Assembly: GCA_945645715.1 (NCBI GenBank)
Contig: CALZFJ010000001.1
Coordinates: 1 to 28,046, forward strand
Source of the DNA: an uncultured Prevotellaceae bacterium
GTDB taxonomy: Bacteria; Bacteroidota; Bacteroidia; Bacteroidales; Muribaculaceae
DNA: 28,046 nt
Direction of reading: 5' to 3'
In this document: positions 1-7,161 of the stretch, in pieces
Numbering within the stretch: the first letter of the stretch is position 1
Layout of the letters: every line of letters begins with the position of its first letter
Translations under genes and position numbers: made by a program
Notes under the pieces: model-generated
Told to the model about the DNA's origin: nothing
The model's input: only the letters and a program-made list of their open reading frames with translations
The model's database searches: none

Positions 1-94
1 CATCACAGCCTATACCCCAAATGGTATCGGTAGGGTAAAGTATCACTCCCCCCTTACGCAACACCTCTACACATGCCTTTATATCTTCTTCCAT
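1..94 (-). CDS. tsaC: L-threonylcarbamoyladenylate synthase (Sua5/YrdC/TsaC family), 5' fragment running off the window edge
   Basis: Not in the ORF track. Manual translation from ATG at 94 gives MEEDIKACVEVLRKGGVILYPTDTIWGIGCD, the conserved YrdC/Sua5 N-terminal GGxxxxPTDTxxGxGC motif. Confidence 0.9.
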   Translation of the reverse strand, partial: MEEDIKACVEVLRKGGVILYPTDTIWGIGCD

Positions 95-188
95 CTTCAA
101 AAATTGCTATTTGTCAGTTGCTTTTGTCAACGCCTGCTCTCAGCGCATCAATGGCTGCGCAAACAGCGTTGGCTTCGGTTTAAACATT

Positions 189-196
189 CAAAGATA
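189..196 (-). promoter_or_regulatory. Bacteroidetes -7 promoter element for tsaC (TATCTTTG)
   Basis: Exact TAnnTTTG match on the minus strand in an AT-rich divergent intergenic region, ~95 nt upstream of the tsaC ATG. Confidence 0.6.
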
Positions 197-322
197 CAAC
201 AACTTTTTCAATTCACGAAATATTTTCACGTTTCTGTCATTTCCAATCCCATTTATCAGTGAAATATGGCTCAAATCACCTTTTTTTTCGTCAAAAATCG
301 CCCAAGTATGAAAGATTATAGC

Positions 323-330
323 TAAATTTG
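323..330 (+). promoter_or_regulatory. Bacteroidetes -7 promoter element for the patatin-GH13 operon (TAAATTTG)
   Basis: TAnnTTTG match ~20 nt upstream of the patatin start. Confidence 0.6.
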
Positions 331-352
331 TAGAGGTTTTCAAAAAGGCTTG

Positions 353-1159
353 ATGACACACCACATTCTCAATAGCAACCTCACCGGCACATTCGGCATC
401 GCGCTGAGTGGCGGAGGTGCACGCGGGTTTGCCCACGTGGGTGCACTAAAGGCTCTCGACGAATGTGGCATAAAGCCATCGGTTGTCGCCGGAGTGAGTG
501 CCGGCAGTGTCATCGCCAGCATGTATGCCGCCGGGCTGTCGGTTGATGATATGATGCGTGCCTTTGCCGACAAATCATTCAACGACCTTGCCGAGCTGAG
601 CGTCCCTAAAGACGGCTTTTTCCGCATGAACCGCTTTATTCGCCTCATGCGCAAGGCTATCCCATACACCAACATTGAAGACCTCCCAATCCCCACACTG
701 ATATGCGCAACCGACCTCAACCATTGCTCCCTCAAGGTGTTCGACTCAGGGGCAATCGCTGAGCGAATTGCAGCCTCATGCAGCATTCCCATCGTCTTCA
801 GCCCCATGAAAATCGATGGCACCTACTACGTAGATGGCGGCGTGCTCCACAATCTCCCCTCTGCCGTCATTCGCGACCGTTGCGACACGCTCATCGGCAT
901 CAACGTCAGCCCTTTCGTCCACGAAGAAAAATTCAAGCCCTCAATCCTCGAAGTGGCTCAGCGTAGCTACAAGATGATTTCGCGCAGCAACATGGATGCC
1001 GACAAAGCTCTCTGCGACATTGTGATAGAAATGGATAGCATCGCCCATCACAAGGTGTTCAGCATTAAGGCTATGTGGGAGATTGCCGACAAAGGATATA
1101 ATGAAACTATAAAAATATTAAAACAGAATAACTTATACAGAAACAATGGCAACGACTGA
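353..1159 (+). CDS. Patatin-like phospholipase family protein
   Basis: Glycine-rich loop SGGGARG, nucleophile elbow GVSAG and catalytic DGG (YVDGG). The track starts at TTG 350; the next codon, ATG 353, is used here. Confidence 0.93.
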   Translation: MTHHILNSNLTGTFGIALSGGGARGFAHVGALKALDECGIKPSVVAGVSAGSVIASMYAAGLSVDDMMRAFADKSFNDLAELSVPKDGFFRMNRFIRLMRKAIPYTNIEDLPIPTLICATDLNHCSLKVFDSGAIAERIAASCSIPIVFSPMKIDGTYYVDGGVLHNLPSAVIRDRCDTLIGINVSPFVHEEKFKPSILEVAQRSYKMISRSNMDADKALCDIVIEMDSIAHHKVFSIKAMWEIADKGYNETIKILKQNNLYRNNGND

Positions 1160-2885
1160 ACGTAAATCTATCAAGCCGGTCATTTACCAACTGTTCCCGC
1201 GCCTGTTCACCAACACTTGCGACAAGTGTGTTCCTTTTGGCACCATCGAGCAAAACGGCGTGGGCAAAATGAATGATATTACCGATTTTGTCCTCTCTAA
1301 AATAAAAGACCTCGGCATAACTCATGTGTGGTACACAGGTGTCATCGAGCACGCTCACACCACCGACTACTCAGCATATGGCATTCGCCCCGACAACCCT
1401 TACATCGTGAAGGGTAATGCCGGATCGCCATACGCCATTACCGACTACTACGACATCGACCCCGACATCGCAGTCGATGTGCCGCACCGCATGGACGAGT
1501 TTGAAGCCCTCGTGAAGCGCACACACTCTGCCGGAATGAAGGTAATCATCGACTTTGTACCCAATCACGTGGCACGCCAGTACCACTCCGACGCGAAGCC
1601 TGCCGGAATTGAGGACCTGGGCGAAAGCGACGACACAACTATGCAGTTCTCGCCTTCCAACAATTTCTACTACATATCACGTCAGCAATTCGCCCCACAC
1701 GACGTGTATCTCGGCGAAGGCGATGACCAATATCGCGAATTTCCTGCCAAAGCCACCGGAAACGACTGCTTCACCGCTTTCCCTGGACGCAACGACTGGT
1801 ACGAGACCGTTAAGCTCAACTATGGCATCGACTACGGCAACGGCTCCCGGCACTTCTCTCCCACTCCCGGCACATGGTTCAAGATGCTCAACATTCTCCG
1901 GTTCTGGTGCTCCAAAGGAATCGACGGTTTCCGCTGCGACATGGCTCACATGGTGCCCGTGGAGTTCTGGAAATGGGCCGTACCTCTTGTGAAGGAAAAA
2001 TACCCGCATGTGATATTCATCGCCGAAATCTACGACGTAGGCCTCTATCGCGACTACATCTATAACGGTGGATTTGACTATCTCTACGACAAAGTCAACC
2101 TCTACGATACTCTCCGCGGAATACAGTGCAACAACGTATCGGCAGCAAGCCTCACCAACTGCTGGCAGACCGTCGATGGCATTGCACGCCACATGCTCAA
2201 TTTCCTTGAGAACCACGACGAGCAGCGTTTTGCCTCTTGGCAATATGCCGGCGACGCTTCTCTCGTGCTGCCCTCTCTCGTGGTCAGCGCCACTTTTGCC
2301 ACCGGACCAATGATGATCTATCAAGGTCAGGAACTGGGTGAACGCGCAATCGACTCCGAAGGCTTCAGCGGGCGCGACGGACGCACCACAATCTTCGACT
2401 ACTGGAGCATTCCCACCGTACGCCGCTGGTACAACCATGGCAAATGCGACGACGAACACCTTTCACGATTCGAGCTTAACCTGCGACGAACCTACCAGAA
2501 AGTGCTCCTCATCTGCAACAACGAGCGAGCCATCGCCGAGGGTGCATTCTTCGACCTGATGTATGTGAACTATGGCAACCTCAATCCACATCGCCAGTTC
2601 ACATATCTGCGAAGCTACAAGAACGAGACTCTGCTCATCGCCGTCAACTTCGACAACGCACCTTGCAGCATCGACATCAACATTCCCATCCACGCCTTCG
2701 AGTGCCTCGGAATAAAGCAAGGCGAAGTCACTGCCGTAGATCTTCTCAGCGACCGCAGCACCACAGCCATGCTCGAAACCGGAACTCCATTCCACACCGA
2801 CATCGAAGCCCACGGCGCCGTCATCTGGAAACTAACCCCACTCCGCCGCACCTCCCGACCCCGCACATCTCGTCAGGCCAAGTGA
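1146..2885 (+). CDS. Alpha-amylase family glycoside hydrolase (GH13), no signal peptide so probably cytoplasmic
   Basis: GH13 regions DFVPNH, GFRCDMAH (nucleophile Asp), AEIY (acid/base Glu) and ENHDE. Overlaps the patatin stop by 14 nt, consistent with an operon. Confidence 0.93.
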   Translation: MATTERKSIKPVIYQLFPRLFTNTCDKCVPFGTIEQNGVGKMNDITDFVLSKIKDLGITHVWYTGVIEHAHTTDYSAYGIRPDNPYIVKGNAGSPYAITDYYDIDPDIAVDVPHRMDEFEALVKRTHSAGMKVIIDFVPNHVARQYHSDAKPAGIEDLGESDDTTMQFSPSNNFYYISRQQFAPHDVYLGEGDDQYREFPAKATGNDCFTAFPGRNDWYETVKLNYGIDYGNGSRHFSPTPGTWFKMLNILRFWCSKGIDGFRCDMAHMVPVEFWKWAVPLVKEKYPHVIFIAEIYDVGLYRDYIYNGGFDYLYDKVNLYDTLRGIQCNNVSAASLTNCWQTVDGIARHMLNFLENHDEQRFASWQYAGDASLVLPSLVVSATFATGPMMIYQGQELGERAIDSEGFSGRDGRTTIFDYWSIPTVRRWYNHGKCDDEHLSRFELNLRRTYQKVLLICNNERAIAEGAFFDLMYVNYGNLNPHRQFTYLRSYKNETLLIAVNFDNAPCSIDINIPIHAFECLGIKQGEVTAVDLLSDRSTTAMLETGTPFHTDIEAHGAVIWKLTPLRRTSRPRTSRQAK

Positions 2886-2932
2886 CTTGTATTTTTCTAA
2901 GCTAAATAGTTAGAAAGTTCCATAAAATTTCG

Positions 2933-2940
2933 TAACTTTG
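2933..2940 (+). promoter_or_regulatory. -7 promoter element for prs (TAACTTTG)
   Basis: TAACTTTGCA ~40 nt upstream of the prs ATG. Confidence 0.7.
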
Positions 2941-2978
2941 CAGAAAATTTCAAAACAGCCTATCTACATAAAAACATT

Positions 2979-3923
2979 ATGTGTGACTCTTTAACTCCGT
3001 TCAAGGTTTTCTCGGGCACTAAATCGCAATATTTAGCCGAGCAAATCTGCCAAGATCTTGGCGTAGAACTTGGCAAAATGAATATCCAGCGTTTTGCCGA
3101 TGGTGAATTTGAAGTATCATTCGAGGAATCTATCCGAGGATGTGAAGTTTATCTAATCCAATCGACTTTCCCCAACTGCGACAACCTCATGGAGCTTCTC
3201 CTTATGATTGATGCCGCTAAGCGTGCTTCGGCTAAGTCGATTATCGCCGTAATTCCATATTTCGGTTGGGCGCGTCAGGACCGCAAGGACAAGCCTCGCG
3301 TTTCTATCGCTGCAAAGCTCGTTGCCGACTTGCTCAGCACCGCAGGTATCGACCGCCTCATCACTATGGACTTGCACGCCGACCAAATTCAAGGTTTCTT
3401 CAACGTCCCTGTTGACCACCTCTATGCGTCTTCCTGCTTTATCCCCTACATCCAGTCGCTCAACCTCAAAGACCTGGTTATCGCTTCGCCCGACGTGGGT
3501 GGCGCAAAGCGTGCCAACTCTTATGCCAAGTATCTCAATACTCCTCTCGTGCTCTGCCACAAGCAGCGTGCCAAGGCCAACGTTGTTGAGAACATGACCA
3601 TCATTGGCGACGTCAAGGATAAGGATGTAATCCTCGTTGACGACATGGTTGATACAGCAGGAACCATCTGCAAGGCTGCCAACCTCATGATGGAGAATGG
3701 TGCCCGCTCGGTTCGCGCACTCGCTTCTCACGCTATCATGAGCGACCCCGCTTCGCAGCGTATCGATGACAGTGCTCTCACCGAGATGATTTTCTCCAAC
3801 AGCATTCCTCTCAACAAGGATTGCAAGAAGGTGACAATCCTCAGCATCGCAAGCCTCTTCGCCGACACAATCCGTCGCGTGCATGAGAACCGCTCTATCA
3901 GCTCGCAATATCTCATCAAGTAA
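2979..3923 (+). CDS. prs: Ribose-phosphate pyrophosphokinase (PRPP synthetase)
   Basis: RFADGE, PYFGWARQDRK, DLHADQIQGFF, SPDVGG and the PRPP-binding loop VDDMVDTAGT; 314 aa. Confidence 0.98.
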   Translation: MCDSLTPFKVFSGTKSQYLAEQICQDLGVELGKMNIQRFADGEFEVSFEESIRGCEVYLIQSTFPNCDNLMELLLMIDAAKRASAKSIIAVIPYFGWARQDRKDKPRVSIAAKLVADLLSTAGIDRLITMDLHADQIQGFFNVPVDHLYASSCFIPYIQSLNLKDLVIASPDVGGAKRANSYAKYLNTPLVLCHKQRAKANVVENMTIIGDVKDKDVILVDDMVDTAGTICKAANLMMENGARSVRALASHAIMSDPASQRIDDSALTEMIFSNSIPLNKDCKKVTILSIASLFADTIRRVHENRSISSQYLIK

Positions 3924-3951
3924 ATCAGGAAATATCCCCCAAAAAATAATC

Positions 3952-3987
3952 AGAGTCCCGGTTTAGCATCAGCTACACCGGGACTCT
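3952..3987. terminator. Probable bidirectional intrinsic terminator between convergent prs and the DUF5074 gene
   Basis: 10-bp stem AGAGTCCCGG (3952-3961)/CCGGGACTCT (3978-3987) plus an inner TAGC/GCTA stem; AT-rich flanks. Confidence 0.75.
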
Positions 3988-4028
3988 TGCTTATTAACTT
4001 ATTTATATATCACACTTTATTGTGCTAA

Positions 4029-5741
4029 TCACCTGATGACGATTTTTGTGGTCTCGCCTCCCACCTTCACAATATAGATTCCGGCTGTAGGCAATGTGAA
4101 CAGGGCACTTCCTGCCGATGCCTTGGCTGTTGCCACAAGTGTTCCCGATGCCGAATAGACCATCACGTCGCTTCCGGCAGCAGCTCCATTCACCGTCACT
4201 TCGTTGCCATACACTGCAACAAGCGATTTCCTTGCCACTTGTGTATCGAGGATGCCTGTGTTAGGATCAAATGTCACATTGATATACTTCTCGCATAGTT
4301 TACCATTGCTGTTAGCCTGAAGCAGAATCTTGCACGTTTCATAAGCCGAAGCCTTCACCGGCGTGATAAGCAGTTTCCCGTTTACCACTTCGGCACTTAT
4401 TTCACTGTTTGCTCCATTATCAACCGATTTCACGGTTTTCACAATCGAAGCCTGAATATTGTCATCATCGCTTACGATTTCATCAAGATTGAGCGTAGTA
4501 GGCTCACTCATGCCGATTGTAGCCTCAAAGTCGGCGATTTCAGGCTCTGCCACATCGGGGAATACGGGCAACGACGGGAACCAATAGTTTTCAATCATGC
4601 TGTGATCCTCAATCTTGTTGCCATCAGCATCATATTGGCGTAAAATGTAGGTCTTGTCACCCCACGAGTGGAACAATGATGTGTAAAGGTCGTCACTTTC
4701 AGGATCCACACGCATTGAGCAGCCATAAATCTGCCAGTTCTCACCATCGGCTTGGAGATCGACTATCTTTGTGAACGTGCCATTGTCGATGTCAAACTTG
4801 AATACCCTATATCCGCTGAACCAAGAGCTGTCGCCGCCGTTCCAATAGAGGACGTTGCTCTGTGTGCTGGCGCAGAAACCGTCGGGAGTCCACGCATACC
4901 ATGAATTGGCAGGACCATTGATACCGTCGGGCAATGCAATTACAGTGGTTTTGTGTGTTGCAGGGTCAAGCTTCATGATGCTTCTGTCGGCTGTCAAGCT
5001 GAGCCACAGATTGCCGTCTTTCGAGAGAACTACCGAACCAAACCCATTGCCGTCGGGTGCCTCAATCACTTCAACCACCTTATCGGTTGCCGGGTCAATC
5101 ACGAGCAAGCCCTTGTCCTGATGCACGGCATATACATATTCATTCACGCGCACCATCGTACCAATCTCTCCGCCATAGAGTTCATCATAGGCATTGTCGG
5201 CGCCATTGCCCGAGCCAGTGACTTTTCCTGTTATCGTAAAGTCGTCGAGATTCAATACGAAGATACCATCACTTGAGCCCACATAGCCCTTATGCTCATC
5301 TACGCCCACAAATCCACGTCCGTTGGCACCGCTTGTAGCTTCGGGATCGGTCGAAAGTATCCTTATCTGCTTGAGCAATTTCATGTCGGCAGCACTGCAC
5401 ACCGTAACACGGCCGCCTGCGATGCCGGCTCCCGGGTCTTGGTCCTGCTTTGAAATTACATAGAACCGATTGCCATAGATTGTTCCGAAATCGCTGGTGC
5501 AACCGACCTCCACACCCGGATTCTCCTGTTGCACAACGCGATATATCCACTTTCCATCGTCTTTCAGAAAGTTTACCGTTGAGTTCTGATGCCCAGTCCA
5601 GTCTTCATTCACCACAAATACGCCCTGTGTGTAATCTGCAAGCGGGGTGGTTTCTTCTTGTTGGCTTGCACCTTGTGCAGCCGATAGCGCTGAAACGCCT
5701 ATTAGCGGAAGTAGCGCAAAAAAGTAAAGTCTCTTTTTCAT
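4029..5741 (-). CDS. DUF5074-like (BtuG-related) beta-propeller surface protein with an Ig-like linker and a T9SS type-A-like C-terminal domain; putative cobalamin-binding protein
   Basis: N-terminal signal peptide without a lipobox Cys; GVFVVNEDWTGHQNSTVNFL...YVISKQ start typical of DUF5074; repeated VIDPAT/KLDPAT blade motifs; C-terminus ...VYSASGTLV...GIYIVKVGGETTKIVIR resembles the Por secretion tail; lies downstream of a cobalamin riboswitch. Confidence 0.8.
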   Translation of the reverse strand: MKKRLYFFALLPLIGVSALSAAQGASQQEETTPLADYTQGVFVVNEDWTGHQNSTVNFLKDDGKWIYRVVQQENPGVEVGCTSDFGTIYGNRFYVISKQDQDPGAGIAGGRVTVCSAADMKLLKQIRILSTDPEATSGANGRGFVGVDEHKGYVGSSDGIFVLNLDDFTITGKVTGSGNGADNAYDELYGGEIGTMVRVNEYVYAVHQDKGLLVIDPATDKVVEVIEAPDGNGFGSVVLSKDGNLWLSLTADRSIMKLDPATHKTTVIALPDGINGPANSWYAWTPDGFCASTQSNVLYWNGGDSSWFSGYRVFKFDIDNGTFTKIVDLQADGENWQIYGCSMRVDPESDDLYTSLFHSWGDKTYILRQYDADGNKIEDHSMIENYWFPSLPVFPDVAEPEIADFEATIGMSEPTTLNLDEIVSDDDNIQASIVKTVKSVDNGANSEISAEVVNGKLLITPVKASAYETCKILLQANSNGKLCEKYINVTFDPNTGILDTQVARKSLVAVYGNEVTVNGAAAGSDVMVYSASGTLVATAKASAGSALFTLPTAGIYIVKVGGETTKIVIR

Positions 5742-5804
5742 AATTGTTTTTTATTAGATTGAAAAAAAATATATGTCGAACGCTCTTTCCCCCAAGTCAT
5801 TGAT

Positions 5805-5963
5805 TTACGACCCCGAGAAATAGCATAGGCTATGCTTTGGCTGTTGAGCCTTGGCAGCCCTTCTCTGCCGAGTGTGTCGGGGGGCGGTGGCAAGTCCTGC
5901 AATGGCAGGTCTCGTCGGTCTTGAAAATCTAATGAGCCGTAGAAATGATTGGGTATAAGCCAT
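5805..5963 (-). CDS. Possible 52-aa basic leader ORF (MAYTQSFLRLIRFSRPTRPAIAGLATAPRHTRQRRAAKAQQPKHSLCYFSGS)
   Basis: ATG at 5963 follows an A-rich tract (AAAAAAGAAAAA) typical of Bacteroidetes initiation regions. No recognisable family, and it overlaps a hairpin-dense segment, so it may be non-coding. Confidence 0.25.
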   Translation of the reverse strand: MAYTQSFLRLIRFSRPTRPAIAGLATAPRHTRQRRAAKAQQPKHSLCYFSGS

Positions 5964-6056
5964 TTTTTCTTTTTTACTTGTTGATAAAAAATAGCTTACG
6001 GAGGCATCGACACTGCAAAGCACACCTCTGCATGGCGCGACAATGTGTCAATCTTT

Positions 6057-6064
6057 CAAATTTA
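6057..6064 (-). promoter_or_regulatory. Candidate internal -7 element (TAAATTTG) downstream of the riboswitch
   Basis: Exact TAnnTTTG match pointing toward the DUF5074 gene; only a T-run, not a clear TTTG, at the expected -33 position. Confidence 0.35.
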
Positions 6065-6164
6065 TGGGCAGAAACAATACGAAAAAAATGGATTATTTGC
6101 CACACAATGTAGTCGATAAATTGCTCTCCAATGCCTATTCCTCGTAAGCTATTGAAAATTTATT

Positions 6165-6355
6165 GAATGGCAGGTCTTCTGACTTATCGCCATCACCATG
6201 CTGTCTTCCCAAATCTATTGCTTTCGCGATTCAGTGACTTTGAATAGAGTGCCGGTGATGTGTTTTGCGACTTACAGCAGCGGGACTGTCCAGGATTCTC
6301 ACCTGATTCCCTATTAAGCTCGAGCCGGCAAAGTGTGCCGGCTTAGCACCAATTC
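6165..6355 (-). promoter_or_regulatory. Cobalamin (B12) riboswitch aptamer, long form with peripheral extension (AdoCbl/Cbl-I-like)
   Basis: Minus strand reads GGTGC...AATAGGGAATCAGGTGAGAATCCTGGACAGTCCCGCTGCTGTAA...GTCACTG...GGGAAG...AAGTCAGAAGACCTGCC, i.e. all canonical conserved blocks including the B12 box. Confidence 0.95.
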
Positions 6356-6359
6356 TGTG

Positions 6360-6393
6360 CAAATGTAGCAGAATTATTTTGTATTATAGCAAA
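6360..6393 (-). promoter_or_regulatory. Promoter of the riboswitch/DUF5074 transcript
   Basis: -7 TACATTTG (6367-6360) and -33 TTTG (6393-6390) with a 22-nt spacer, immediately upstream of the aptamer. Confidence 0.75.
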
Positions 6394-6431
6394 AATTAAC
6401 CCTCATTAACATTAAATGCGGAATATACATC

Positions 6432-6456
6432 TTGAATACCGTTATACATAATTCAA
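6432..6456. promoter_or_regulatory. Palindrome TTGAAT-N13-ATTCAA, candidate operator of the umuD-umuC promoter
   Basis: TTGAAT (6432-6437) and ATTCAA (6451-6456), ending 10 nt upstream of the -7 element and covering the expected -33 region. Confidence 0.45.
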
Positions 6457-6466
6457 AATTTTTCAT

Positions 6467-6474
6467 TATCTTTG
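6467..6474 (+). promoter_or_regulatory. -7 promoter element for umuD-umuC (TATCTTTG)
   Basis: TATCTTTGCA 34 nt upstream of the ATG at 6509. Confidence 0.75.
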
Positions 6475-6508
6475 CACACAGTATTGACACCGACAACCCA
6501 CACTCTAT

Positions 6509-7117
6509 ATGGACACAAAGAAATATTCACACGGCGGAAGCCGACCAGGTGCCGGACGTCCGCGCACCGACAGCCGCCTCTATGCCTTCCGCGCCGGAGG
6601 TGAAGTGGCTCATGCCATCGACGCAAGCCATAACAAGTCGGAATTTATCACCGACTGCATTTCCACAGCCCTCAAGATGCAGCCTCTCGGAAAGGTGTAT
6701 CACGCTGCCGAAGTAAAACCCCTCCACCTACCCTTCTTCGACATCAGCGTGGTTGCCGGATTCCCCATTCCGCTCGACAACGACGAGCTGGCACAGGACA
6801 TAGAGCTGCTGCGTATGCTTTGCCCCAACCCCGAGGCCTCCTACCTCATTCGCGTGGAAGGGAACTCAATGATTGATGCCGACATTCACTCCGGCGACAT
6901 TCTCATTGTGGACAAAAGCAACCGCAACCCATCGGAGCACGAGGTAGCCCTATGTGAGCTAAATGGAGAATACACCATAAAATACGTCAATTCGCGCAAC
7001 GGAAAGTGGTGGCTCGTTCCAGCCAACCCCGATTTCCCCGAGATAGAGATAGCTCCCGGCGACAACTTCAACGTGTGGGGCGTAGTAACCTACATAATCC
7101 ACCGCCCCCGCTCCTAA
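6509..7117 (+). CDS. umuD: UmuD/LexA-family S24 self-cleaving peptidase with a long N-terminal extension (UmuDAb-like)
   Basis: Ala-Gly cleavage site VAGFP, catalytic Ser in GNSM, catalytic Lys in YTIK, C-terminal VWGVVT; ~70 extra N-terminal residues starting HGGSRPGAGRP. Confidence 0.88.
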   Translation: MDTKKYSHGGSRPGAGRPRTDSRLYAFRAGGEVAHAIDASHNKSEFITDCISTALKMQPLGKVYHAAEVKPLHLPFFDISVVAGFPIPLDNDELAQDIELLRMLCPNPEASYLIRVEGNSMIDADIHSGDILIVDKSNRNPSEHEVALCELNGEYTIKYVNSRNGKWWLVPANPDFPEIEIAPGDNFNVWGVVTYIIHRPRS

Positions 7118-7119
7118 TC

Positions 7120-7154
7120 CCTCTCACCCTCTTACCTCTCACCTCTTACCTCTA
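7120..7154 (+). repeat. Heptamer tandem repeat CCTCT(C/T)A, about 5 units, in the umuD-umuC gap
   Basis: cctctca-c-cctctta-cctctca-cctctta-cctcta read directly from the sequence. Confidence 0.8.
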
Positions 7155-7161
7155 CAGAATC

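Noticed and set aside
143-187. Possible 15-codon upstream ORF (MFKPKPTLFAQPLMR) in the tsaC leader
   Set aside because: Its ATG lies 2 nt from the -7 element, probably upstream of the transcription start.
5850-5860. 11-mer GGGCTGCCAAG shared between the hairpin cluster at 5810-5912 and the structured leader at 27631-27708
   Set aside because: Flanks do not align and the word occupies different structural positions; probably chance in GC-rich stems.
6716-6729. 14-bp identity (AAACCCCTCCACCT) between umuD and the tmRNA 3' end (8877-8890), suggesting an att-site duplication
   Set aside because: The copy lies upstream of ssrA rather than downstream, sits in frame within umuD (K-P-L-H-L), would excise ssrA itself, and no integrase is present; C-rich composition favours chance.
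7006-7161. Open umuC frame extending into umuD, allowing a -1 frameshift UmuD-UmuC fusion or a longer UmuC
   Set aside because: No canonical slippery heptamer or stimulatory structure was seen; the extension is low-complexity and UmuC homology begins at MIALVDCN.
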